A stretch of 64,000 nucleotides of DNA, taken from the NCBI GenBank assembly GCA_027492205.1, contig JAOZFN010000008.1:1-64000 (forward strand). The letters run 5' to 3'. Numbering within the stretch: position 1 is the first letter of the stretch; each line of letters opens with the position of its first letter. Source of the DNA: Thermoproteota archaeon (GTDB lineage: Archaea > Korarchaeota > Korarchaeia > Korarchaeales > Korarchaeaceae). This document shows positions 1 through 8,472 of the stretch, piece after piece. The position numbers were made by a program, and so were the translations under genes. Below the pieces are notes generated by a model. That model did no database searches and was not told the DNA's origin. It worked only from the letters and a program-made list of their open reading frames with translations.

Positions 1-30
1 CGGCTCCAGGCTTGGCTTATTGGTTTTCCT

Positions 31-528
31 CTACTGGGCGACCAGCCTCTCCACCCGCCTACACTTAGAGAGCACCAGCAGCTTGGACACCCCCTCGGGG
101 GGCCTGACCTCGTCGCAGTTCCGGATCAGCGCGACGTACCTGTCGAAGGTCTCGGCGTCCACGTCGTCCGCGAACACCAGGCGGTCTATGTTCTGGAAGA
201 CCACCCTCCTGCCGAACTGCTCCAGGTCAGCCTTGGTGACCTCTATCTCCTCCAGGTCGGAGATCACCGTGGGAACCGCCGAGGTTATCCCCTCGCCGAT
301 CTTCCTGCCCGCCTCCCTGGCGCTGTCCACCAGCGGCTGGATGCCGGACCTTATCCCCTCGGTGAGGTCGATGAAGAGGCCGAGCGCCTCGTTGATGACC
401 TCTCCGATGGTCTTACCCGTCCTGCGGGCTATCTCAGCCGCCCTGTCGTATAGGTCGGAGTCGACGCCCCTGATCGTGACGTCCTTCCTCCTCTCCTCCC
501 TGAACTCACCCTCCCTCTCCTCGGCCAT
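31..528 (-). CDS. Ribbon-helix-helix (CopG/Arc-like) domain protein with uncharacterised C-terminal domain
   Basis: N-terminal VTIRGVDSDLYDRAAEIARRTGKTIGEVINEAL fits the RHH pattern; ATG at 528 lies below an AT-rich promoter region. Confidence 0.7.
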   Translation of the reverse strand: MAEEREGEFREERRKDVTIRGVDSDLYDRAAEIARRTGKTIGEVINEALGLFIDLTEGIRSGIQPLVDSAREAGRKIGEGITSAVPTVISDLEEIEVTKADLEQFGRRVVFQNIDRLVFADDVDAETFDRYVALIRNCDEVRPPEGVSKLLVLSKCRRVERLVAQ

Positions 529-540
529 CACAATCACCGT

Positions 541-572
541 TGTGTTACATGTCATACATAGCATATATGCGT
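541..572. promoter_or_regulatory. Divergent AT-rich promoter region with palindrome GCATATATGC (561-570) and ATGTA/TACAT repeats
   Basis: Only AT-rich stretch between two divergent genes; perfect 10-bp palindrome. Confidence 0.45.
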
Positions 573-599
573 TGCGCCCTTGGATTAGCTGAGTGATCA

Positions 600-1787
600 A
601 TGGTTATATGCGCCAACGAGCTCCCACTTCCGATGCTCAAGAGAGCCGTCGCCGCTTCGGCGCTGGTCTCGTTGATTCTGGGGCTCTCCGCGGTTTCAGC
701 TCAGGGCAGTGTGAGCTTCTGCATCTACGGGTCCGGCTCCTGCCCGGCGTGCGTTCAGTTGAAGAAGTTCCTCATGGAGGAGTTTGGCCCGGAGGCCCTC
801 AAGTTCAACGAGGTCTATGGAAACGAGACCAACGCCGAGAAGCTCGCTCTAATATACGACCTCGCCTTCCCGAACCTTCCAGCTCACGAGCGGTACATTC
901 CGGTCACGGGCGTGTTCTGCAGCGGGCGGCTTGTGGCGGTCGTCTTGGGGGTGCCTGAGCTCGATGAGTCCTTCTGGAGGTTGCTTGCTTCACAGAGGGA
1001 TGGGATCCTGCTGGTCCTGCACAACGGCACGACCATCCGGAGCGAGGATCAACGGCTCATAAGCTCCCTGGAGGAGATATTCGGCGGCGCCCCCTCCCCA
1101 ACGATCCCCACCACGCGAACGGCCTCTGAGGTCCTCATCCCCGTGACCACGGCGGCCCTGGCGGACAGCGTGAACCCCTGCACCTTCAGCGTCTTCACGG
1201 CGCTCCTGCTCCTATCCATGTCCGTCGGCGGGAAGAGGAGGTCGCTGAGCGTGGGAGGGGCCTTCATCGCGGCCGTCTTCATGGCGTACTACGCCCTCGG
1301 ACTCGGCCTGATCAGGGTATTCTCGTCCCTCCCGTGGCTCAAGTATGCGGTCGCAGTGCTCGGCCTGGCGGTCGGGTCCTACGAGGTGGTCACTTCCCTG
1401 GGCGGGAGGTTCAAGTCCCCCCTGCCCGACCCGCTGTACAGGACCACCTCTCGCCTGGTGGAGTGGACCTCGCACGCCGCGAGCGTCCCGCTGGCCTTCT
1501 GCGCCGGTCTCCTTATCAGCGTGACGCTCCTCCCGTGCTCCTCCGGTCCATACCTGGTGGCCACCTCCCTCCTCGCCGGGCTGCCGAGGTACAAGAGGCT
1601 GGCCCTCCTCGGCATGTACAACACGATCTTCGTGGCACCGCTGGTCCTTATCCTGCTCGTGGTGGGTCTGCTGGAGCGCAGGGTGAGGGACGTCAAGGTC
1701 TGGAGGTCGAAGAGGCTCCACGTGATGAACCTGGTGGCTGGCTCTCTCCTGATAGCCATATGCCTGTGGGCTCTCCTGGTCTCGTGA
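600..1787 (+). CDS. Thioredoxin-like CxxC domain fused to CcdA/DsbD-type transmembrane domain (cytochrome c biogenesis/disulfide transport); start may be ATG 632
   Basis: Signal peptide, CPAC motif, then ADSVNPC and LLPCSSGPYL Pro-Cys motifs in six hydrophobic helices. Confidence 0.8.
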   Translation: MVICANELPLPMLKRAVAASALVSLILGLSAVSAQGSVSFCIYGSGSCPACVQLKKFLMEEFGPEALKFNEVYGNETNAEKLALIYDLAFPNLPAHERYIPVTGVFCSGRLVAVVLGVPELDESFWRLLASQRDGILLVLHNGTTIRSEDQRLISSLEEIFGGAPSPTIPTTRTASEVLIPVTTAALADSVNPCTFSVFTALLLLSMSVGGKRRSLSVGGAFIAAVFMAYYALGLGLIRVFSSLPWLKYAVAVLGLAVGSYEVVTSLGGRFKSPLPDPLYRTTSRLVEWTSHAASVPLAFCAGLLISVTLLPCSSGPYLVATSLLAGLPRYKRLALLGMYNTIFVAPLVLILLVVGLLERRVRDVKVWRSKRLHVMNLVAGSLLIAICLWALLVS

Positions 1788-1803
1788 TCCACACCCGGTG
1801 AGG

Positions 1804-2661
1804 CTACGGGCGGAAGCCCTGTGGGAACCGGACGAACTCGGATCTGGGGACGGCGCAGCAGGCCGCCACCGTCTCGAGACCACCCTGCTCGACCAGCTCA
1901 GGCCTTGGAACGGCGATCCTGTCCACCAGACCCTCCTCAACCGCCGCAGGATCTAGGGACCTCTTCAGAACCTTCGGCCGCATGCACCCGAGCGACAGCT
2001 CCCCGCCGAAGATCCTCCTGGCCTCCCTCACGACGGGCAGGACCCTCGCCATCGAGGGCGGGCTCAGTCCCTCGAATGGCGTGCCCTGAGTGGGGATGAA
2101 GACCAGCAGGACCAGCTCGTCGTATCCTCGAGATGCCACCTCCTCTATGGCGGAGAGTTCGTCCTCCGGCCTCACCCCCGGGAGTCCCAGGGTGACGTGC
2201 GGGACCACCCTCCCAGGCCCGGCCTCGGTCACGGCCTCCAGCGACCTCAGGAAGTCGGAGTAGGGGAAGCCCCTTATCCTGGCAGCCCTCTCGCCCGGGG
2301 GCAGGTCGTAGTCCACGGAGTCTAATCCAGCAAGCTTGAGGGCCTCCGCCTCCTCCCTGCTCACGAGGCCGGGGTGAACGCTCAGATATAGGCCGAGCTG
2401 ACTCTTGATGGCTGAGACCTGATCCAGGAGCCCGAAAACCGGGAGCCTCCCCCTCAGGTCGGAGCCCCCGCTTATCAGCAGGCCCCTCGCCCCGCCCGCC
2501 GTGAGTCTCCTTGCCAGATCCAGCAGGGTCTCCCCTGGCAGCGGGGTCGCCATCCCCCTGAGGTACCTACCCCTGCAGAGGTCGCAGTTCAGCGGGCACG
2601 ACGGCCCGGTGACGCTGACGGAGGGATAAGCCCTGCCCGGGTAGAAGGCTACCGCGGTCAA
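1804..2661 (-). CDS. lipS1: Radical SAM lipoyl synthase subunit LipS1
   Basis: CxxxCxxC (CPLNCDLC), C-terminal GCMRP and CC motifs typical of LipS1; adjacent to lipS2 and lipoate ligase. Confidence 0.8.
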   Translation of the reverse strand: MTAVAFYPGRAYPSVSVTGPSCPLNCDLCRGRYLRGMATPLPGETLLDLARRLTAGGARGLLISGGSDLRGRLPVFGLLDQVSAIKSQLGLYLSVHPGLVSREEAEALKLAGLDSVDYDLPPGERAARIRGFPYSDFLRSLEAVTEAGPGRVVPHVTLGLPGVRPEDELSAIEEVASRGYDELVLLVFIPTQGTPFEGLSPPSMARVLPVVREARRIFGGELSLGCMRPKVLKRSLDPAAVEEGLVDRIAVPRPELVEQGGLETVAACCAVPRSEFVRFPQGFRP

Positions 2662-3569
2662 GTCCCCTTACCCCCTAAGGAGAGGGCCATCTCCAGACTG
2701 GGGAAGTTGTAGATGGGCCCCGAGGGCCTCTCGTTGTAGAACGGCCTGTTGCACCAGGGACAGCCCGACGTGACGGTCGCCTCGGGGGGCGGTCTCAGCT
2801 TACCATTCCTGAGCCTCTCAAGCACCTCATCTAGGCTCGCGCCTCTCGATAGGAGGTGCCTGGCCGCCTGCATCCGTCTGTACGCCCCCAGATCTGGCGG
2901 GGGGTTCGAGGCCATCGGCGTCCCTGGGACGGGGGTGAAGGCGAACAGGGCCACGTCCGCCTTCACGCGGTAGGCCCGGGCCATGGCCCTGATGAACTCC
3001 TCCTCCGCCTCCCCCAGCCCGAATATTAGGTGGACTAGCGCTCTCCTGGGCCCAAAGACCCTCACAACCAGCTCGGTGAAGTCCCAGTACTCGCCCCAGC
3101 TGAAGGGCTTGCCCACCTCCTCTACCAGCTCGGGGGTGGCGGCGTCGAGACCCACCCCGACGTGGGTCACCCCGAGCACCCTGAACAGCTCGAGGAGACT
3201 CTCTTCAACGGGGGTGATGGCCACCGAGATGGGCAGCCCGACTCCTGCCTCCCTGAGGGTTGAGAGGATCCCCAGGGCCCCCTCCTCGAAACCCTCCGAC
3301 ATGACTGTCTGCAGGCAGACCCTCCTTATCGGGCCCGGGTCGGAGGCCAGCCTCCTTGCGAGTTCCTCCAGCTCGACTTCGGGCCACTCGACCCTGGAGA
3401 GGAACATCTTCGGGGACCGCGAGACCCTCGACTGCGGGCAGAAGGTACAGGAGCCGAGGCACCCGGCTTCTTGGGCCTGCAGCAGGTATGCTGTGGTGGT
3501 CTCAGCCGCGACCCGCACCCGAGACATCCCGAGGGCTGCAAGGGTTCCGAGGGAGGCCCTGACCCGCAT
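2658..3569 (-). CDS. lipS2: Radical SAM lipoyl synthase subunit LipS2
   Basis: CLGSCTFC and C-terminal TSGCPWCNRPFYNE motif typical of LipS2; ATGA overlap with lipS1. Confidence 0.8.
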   Translation of the reverse strand: MRVRASLGTLAALGMSRVRVAAETTTAYLLQAQEAGCLGSCTFCPQSRVSRSPKMFLSRVEWPEVELEELARRLASDPGPIRRVCLQTVMSEGFEEGALGILSTLREAGVGLPISVAITPVEESLLELFRVLGVTHVGVGLDAATPELVEEVGKPFSWGEYWDFTELVVRVFGPRRALVHLIFGLGEAEEEFIRAMARAYRVKADVALFAFTPVPGTPMASNPPPDLGAYRRMQAARHLLSRGASLDEVLERLRNGKLRPPPEATVTSGCPWCNRPFYNERPSGPIYNFPSLEMALSLGGKGT

Positions 3570-3646
3570 CGCGGGCGCGGTGAGCAGGTTGATTAAGAAA
3601 ACATCCCGAGCTGGGCCGGCGGAGGGGAGAGGCCCTGAGGTGGAGA

Positions 3647-4390
3647 TTGGTCCTCCTCGACGGCGACGGGCCGTTTAACATGGGCCTGGACGAGGCGATT
3701 CTGAACTCGGTCTCTAGGGGGGAGTCCCCGCCCACCCTCAGGCTCTACGCCTTCAGACCCAGCGCCGTCACGATAGGTCGGTTCCAGAGGGTCAGGGAGT
3801 CGGTGGACCTGGATGCGGCCAGGAGGCTGGGCGTCCACGTCGTGAGGAGGATAACGGGCGGGGGCTCTGTGTACCACGACGGGCTCGGCGAGGTGACCTA
3901 TTCCGTCGCGGCGCCTGTGAGGCTGTTCCCAGGGAGCATCCTGGACAGCTACCGGGTCATATGCTCTGGACTCGTCAAGGCGCTAGATATCCTGGGCCTC
4001 AGGGCCCGGTTCGTCCCGGTGAACGACGTGGTTGTCAACGGGAAGAAGATCTCCGGGAGCGCCCAGATGAGGAGGGCGGGTGCGCTGCTCCAACACGGCA
4101 CGCTGATGTACGCCACGGACCTTGACACGCTTTCGAGCCTGCTCAGGGCCCCGAGGGAGAAGCTCGAGTCTCACGGGGTGTCGAGCATCAGGGAGAGGGT
4201 GACGACGGCCTCCATCGAGCTGGGAAGGGGGGTCTCCCGGGAGGAGGTCCAGGAGGCCATGCTCAGGGGGTTCGAGGAGGCCCTCGGCGCCGAGTTTCAG
4301 CGGGGAGAGCCCACCGACCGGGAGCTGGCTGAGGCGGTGAGGCTGGCCAGGGAGAGGTACGGGAGGGAAGCCTGGAACCTGGGGAGGTGA
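3647..4390 (+). CDS. lplA: Lipoate-protein ligase, catalytic N-terminal subunit
   Basis: NMGLDEA, VRRITGGGSVYHD, NDVVVNGKKISGSAQ and LQHGTL motifs. Confidence 0.9.
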   Translation: MVLLDGDGPFNMGLDEAILNSVSRGESPPTLRLYAFRPSAVTIGRFQRVRESVDLDAARRLGVHVVRRITGGGSVYHDGLGEVTYSVAAPVRLFPGSILDSYRVICSGLVKALDILGLRARFVPVNDVVVNGKKISGSAQMRRAGALLQHGTLMYATDLDTLSSLLRAPREKLESHGVSSIRERVTTASIELGRGVSREEVQEAMLRGFEEALGAEFQRGEPTDRELAEAVRLARERYGREAWNLGR

Positions 4391-4692
4391 GCCGCTTGGG
4401 AGCCGCAAGGGTCAGGAGGAGGTGCGTCGGGGGCAAGACCGTCGACGTGGAGGTAGAGGTGGAGGCTGGCAGGCTCAGGAGGGTCGTGATCTCAGGGGAC
4501 TTCTTCGCCTACCCCGAGGGGGCCCTGGAGGCCCTCGAGGAATCACTCTCCGGCGTCGAGCCGTCGCGCGATGAGATCCTAAAGGTCATAGGGAGGTTTG
4601 GCATAGAGTTTCTGGGGGCCAGCGCCGAGGAGATCGCCGACATGATCGCGGAGGCTGCTGAGCTGGCGGGGCGTGAGGGCGGGCCCGGTTAA
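4387..4692 (+). CDS. Lipoate-protein ligase accessory C-terminal subunit (LplB-like)
   Basis: ISGDFFAYPE motif; GTGA overlap with lplA. Confidence 0.8.
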   Translation: MSRLGAARVRRRCVGGKTVDVEVEVEAGRLRRVVISGDFFAYPEGALEALEESLSGVEPSRDEILKVIGRFGIEFLGASAEEIADMIAEAAELAGREGGPG

Positions 4693-4728
4693 TAGGTTCT
4701 CTCCCCGCCCCCATCGAGGGGGCGGCCC

Positions 4729-6408
4729 ACGAGGTTCTCCGAGCTCGTCGACGTTGCAGAGAAGATCGCCTCGACATCGTCCAGGCTGGAGAAGGTCAGG
4801 CTGATGGCCTCGCTCCTCAGGAGGCTGGAGCCTGAGGACGCCGTCCGGGCCGCCCTGATCCTCACCGGGAAGGTACTCCCGGCGTGGGACGAGAGATCCC
4901 TCGACGTCTCCTGGGCGACGATCTGGAGGGTTGTTGAGTCCCTGATCCCCGTCAAGCCGACCGAGGTCAGAAGGGTGGCGTCCGAGGGGGTCGACCTGGG
5001 AGACGCCGTCAGGAGGGTTTTCGAGGCGTTTCCTAGGCGAAGGCAGGCCACGCTGTTCGAGGAGGAGCTCACGCTGAGGGAGGTCTACGCTCAGTTGGAG
5101 GCGATTGCCTCCGCCAGGGGCCCCGGATCCAGGGCCAAGAAGGAGGCGGTCCTGAGGTCTCTCCTCTCCATGGCCAGCCCTGGGGAGGCCTGGCTCTTGG
5201 TAAACGCGATGGTTGGCGAGACGAGGCTGGGCCTGAGCGAGGGTCTCCTGATCGACGCCATCGCCGAGGCCTACGGCCTGTCAAGGCAGGAGGTCGAGAG
5301 GGCCGTCATGGTCACCGGAGATCCGGCCACCGTCATAGAGGCCGCGGCTAGGGGAGGTCCCCAGGCCGTCAGGGCCCTCAGGCCCGAGGTCTTCAGGCCC
5401 CTCAGGCCCATGCTGGCGCAGACGGCCGAGACGGTCGAGGAGGCCCTTGCAGAGCTCGGCGGGCGGGCAGCCTTCGAGTACAAGCTGGACGGAGCCAGGG
5501 TCCAGATTCACGCGAGGGGGGGCAGGGTCAGGGTGTTCAGCAGGAGGCTCTCGGACGTGACGCAGAGCATCCCGGACGTGGTCGAGGCCGTGCAGGAGGG
5601 GCTGAGGGCGGACGAGGTGATACTGGAGGGAGAGGTCATAGCGGTCGGCGAGTCGGGTCGGCCGCTCCCCTTCCAGGTCCTGATGAGGCGGTTCAGGAGG
5701 GTGAACGTGACCCCCGAGCTGATCCAGTCAATACCCCTGGAGGTCTACCTGTTCGACGCCATCATGATCGACGGGAGGCCCCTGATAGACGAGCCCTACC
5801 TCGAGAGGAGGCGCGCGCTGGAGGGCGCGATATTGGAGCCCCTGCGCATCGTCCCCACGATTGTCTCCGGGGACCCCGGCGAGGCTGGCGAGTTCTTGGA
5901 GCGGGCGCTGTCGGAGGGGCACGAGGGCCTCATGGCCAAGGGGCTCAGGTCCCCCTACATCCCGGGGGTCAGGGGGAAGCACTGGCTGAAGATCAAGCGG
6001 ACCAAGACTCTGGACCTCGTCATAGTGGCGGCGGAGAGAGGCTACGGCAGGAGGCACAGGTGGTTCAGCGACTACTACCTCGCCGCCAGGGACCCGGAGA
6101 CCGGCGAGTTCCTAGTCGTCGGAAAGACGTTCAAGGGCCTGACGGACGAGGAGTTCGAGTGGATGACGCAGAGGCTGCGCGAGATAGCCGTGGAGGACAG
6201 GGGCAGCTTCATCAGGGTGAGGCCAGAGGTGGTGGTGGAGGTCGCCTTCAACGAGGTTCAGAGGAGCCCCAAGTACCCGTCGGGCTACGCCCTCAGGTTC
6301 GCCCGCATAGTGAGGATCAGGGACGACAAGTCTCCGGAAGAGGCCGACACCATCGACAGGGTGAGGGAAATATACGAGTCCCAGTTCGGCCGCGGGGGTC
6401 GAGTTTGA
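4729..6408 (+). CDS. lig: ATP-dependent DNA ligase (first ATG at 4804; ligase-like sequence extends upstream to ACG 4729)
   Basis: EYKLDG adenylation motif, EGE, FD, EGLMAK, WLKIK and LRFAR motifs. Confidence 0.92.
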   Translation, partial: TRFSELVDVAEKIASTSSRLEKVRLMASLLRRLEPEDAVRAALILTGKVLPAWDERSLDVSWATIWRVVESLIPVKPTEVRRVASEGVDLGDAVRRVFEAFPRRRQATLFEEELTLREVYAQLEAIASARGPGSRAKKEAVLRSLLSMASPGEAWLLVNAMVGETRLGLSEGLLIDAIAEAYGLSRQEVERAVMVTGDPATVIEAAARGGPQAVRALRPEVFRPLRPMLAQTAETVEEALAELGGRAAFEYKLDGARVQIHARGGRVRVFSRRLSDVTQSIPDVVEAVQEGLRADEVILEGEVIAVGESGRPLPFQVLMRRFRRVNVTPELIQSIPLEVYLFDAIMIDGRPLIDEPYLERRRALEGAILEPLRIVPTIVSGDPGEAGEFLERALSEGHEGLMAKGLRSPYIPGVRGKHWLKIKRTKTLDLVIVAAERGYGRRHRWFSDYYLAARDPETGEFLVVGKTFKGLTDEEFEWMTQRLREIAVEDRGSFIRVRPEVVVEVAFNEVQRSPKYPSGYALRFARIVRIRDDKSPEEADTIDRVREIYESQFGRGGRV

Positions 6409-7052
6409 GCCGACGTCTCAGATCAATCACCCTGACGGTCGCCATTCTATTGGTCGCAGGGGCGTCGTCCGCAATCGCACAGCCCAGGGTGGGCAACCGG
6501 GCCCCGGACTTCACGCTGACATCGCCGTATGGATACAACCTGACGCTCTCCTCGCTCCTCTCAGAGGGAAAGCCCGTTGTCCTGGTGTTCTTCGCCCACT
6601 ACTGCCCCCACTGCCAGAAAGAGATAACGCAGCTCTCCGGGGAGTGGGCCTACTGCCCCAACTCTGACAAGGCCAAAGTGCTCCTCGTCGGCGTCAGCGG
6701 CGACGAGGAGGTAGACAGGGCTCTTTTCGAGAAGAACAGGGTCGACGGCTGGGAGTTCGCGGAGGCGACCCAGCAGGTCGCGCTGGACTACAGGCTCCTG
6801 TACGTCCCGACCATAGTTGTCGTCGGGCCCGACGGGCAGGTGAAGTTCGCCAAGGTCGGCGAGACCCAGCCAAACCAGCTGTGCGAGTTGGTCGGGAGGT
6901 ACTACGTCGAGCCGTCCTCCGGAGGCGGCTTCCCAGCTTGGGCTCTGGCCCTGGCCGCGCCGGCCGCCGTTGGCGGGGCGCTGGCCGTCCTCAAGCTGAG
7001 GTCGATAAGTTCGAAGAAGGGCAGGAAGGCCAAAAGGTCCAAACAGAAATAA
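6405..7052 (+). CDS. Membrane-anchored TlpA/redoxin-family thiol-disulfide protein
   Basis: TTG overlapping the lig stop; signal peptide, APDFTL, FFAHYCPHC, VPT, C-terminal TM helix plus basic tail. Confidence 0.8.
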   Translation: MSRRLRSITLTVAILLVAGASSAIAQPRVGNRAPDFTLTSPYGYNLTLSSLLSEGKPVVLVFFAHYCPHCQKEITQLSGEWAYCPNSDKAKVLLVGVSGDEEVDRALFEKNRVDGWEFAEATQQVALDYRLLYVPTIVVVGPDGQVKFAKVGETQPNQLCELVGRYYVEPSSGGGFPAWALALAAPAAVGGALAVLKLRSISSKKGRKAKRSKQK

Positions 7053-7085
7053 GGAACCCCTCGCCGGCTCGGCCGGTGTCTTCTG

Positions 7086-8465
7086 ATGGCCGGGCTGGCC
7101 GTCTTCGGGGATTACGTAGTTACCGTCGACCCGGAGAGGAGGATCTACCGGAACGGGGCGGTCGTCGTTGAGGGAGACAGGATCGCCTTTGTGGGCAGGG
7201 CCGAGGAGGCGAGGAAAAAGTTCGGCCCCTTCGAGAGGGAGCTGGGCGGGCCCGGCAGGCTGGTGTTTCCCGGTCTGGTGAATGGACACGACCACATGTT
7301 CCAGGTTCTGATAAGGACGCTGGCCGTCGACAGGCCACTCTTGGAGTGGCTCAGGAGTTCTGTCTGGCCCATGCTCGCTGAGATGACGGCCGACGACGTG
7401 AGGGTATCGTCGAAGCTGGGGATAATCGAGAACCTGAAGTCCGGCGTCACTACAATCGTAGACAACCACTACGGCGGGAGGTTCTACGACGAGGTCTTGG
7501 ACACAATGATCGAGTCCGGGATCAGGGGCTGCGTGCCCAGGGGCGGGTACGAGATCAACGCCCACGAGCCCCTGCTTGAGGACGTGGACACGATCATCTC
7601 AGACGCTGAGAGGCTGATCAAGAAATACCACGGGGCCGAGAACGGCCGCATAATGGTGGGGGTGGCGCCGATGCACCCCTGCTTCGCCTCCGACGAGTTC
7701 CTGCTAAGGGCGAAGGACCTGTCGGACAGGTACGGCGTGCCCCTCCACGTGCACACGGGGGAGTCGATGGGAGACCAGGAGCTCCAGAAGAAGGTGCATG
7801 GAAAGACCGACGTGACCTACCTGAAGGATCTGGGCGTTCTCGGTCCCAGGTACCACGCGGTCCACTCGGTTTGGGTGTCAGACGAGGAGATCAAGATGCT
7901 GGCCGAGGCGGGGGCCCACGTGATACACAACCCGGTGAGCAACATGTACATAGCCTCGGGCATAGCCAAGATCCCCGAGATGATGTGGGCGGGCGTGAAC
8001 GTGGCCCTGGGAACGGATGGGCCGGCCAGCAACGACAACCACGACCTGATCACGTCGATGAAGTTCGCGGCCCTCCTCCACAAGGTGGCGAAGCTGGACG
8101 CGTCCGTGATAACCGCCTGGGACGTCCTGGAGATGGCCACGATAAACGGGGCCAGGGCCCTTGGGCTGGAGCGGGAGATAGGCTCGCTCGAGGTTGGCAA
8201 GAGGGCCGACATAATGGTGCTCAACGCCAAGAGACCCTGGATATGGCCCGTGCACGACCCCGTCGGGTCGCTCGTGTACTCAGCCACCATAGGGGACGTG
8301 GAGGACGTGGTGGTCGACGGGAGGGTGCTGATGGAGGACGGGAAGGTGCTGGCATACGACGAGGGGCGCGTCATGGAGGAGGCAGTCAAGGTCGCCGACA
8401 GGCTCAGGGAGACCTTCAAGAGCAAGTACGGGGCCAAGTTCGAGTACGAGGATCTCCTAGCGTGA
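7086..8465 (+). CDS. Amidohydrolase (MtaD/AtzA/nucleoside deaminase family)
   Basis: PGLVNGHDH, HVHTGE, VHSV, LGTDG and GSLEVGKRAD motifs. Confidence 0.88.
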   Translation: MAGLAVFGDYVVTVDPERRIYRNGAVVVEGDRIAFVGRAEEARKKFGPFERELGGPGRLVFPGLVNGHDHMFQVLIRTLAVDRPLLEWLRSSVWPMLAEMTADDVRVSSKLGIIENLKSGVTTIVDNHYGGRFYDEVLDTMIESGIRGCVPRGGYEINAHEPLLEDVDTIISDAERLIKKYHGAENGRIMVGVAPMHPCFASDEFLLRAKDLSDRYGVPLHVHTGESMGDQELQKKVHGKTDVTYLKDLGVLGPRYHAVHSVWVSDEEIKMLAEAGAHVIHNPVSNMYIASGIAKIPEMMWAGVNVALGTDGPASNDNHDLITSMKFAALLHKVAKLDASVITAWDVLEMATINGARALGLEREIGSLEVGKRADIMVLNAKRPWIWPVHDPVGSLVYSATIGDVEDVVVDGRVLMEDGKVLAYDEGRVMEEAVKVADRLRETFKSKYGAKFEYEDLLA

Positions 8466-8472
8466 GCGGAGG

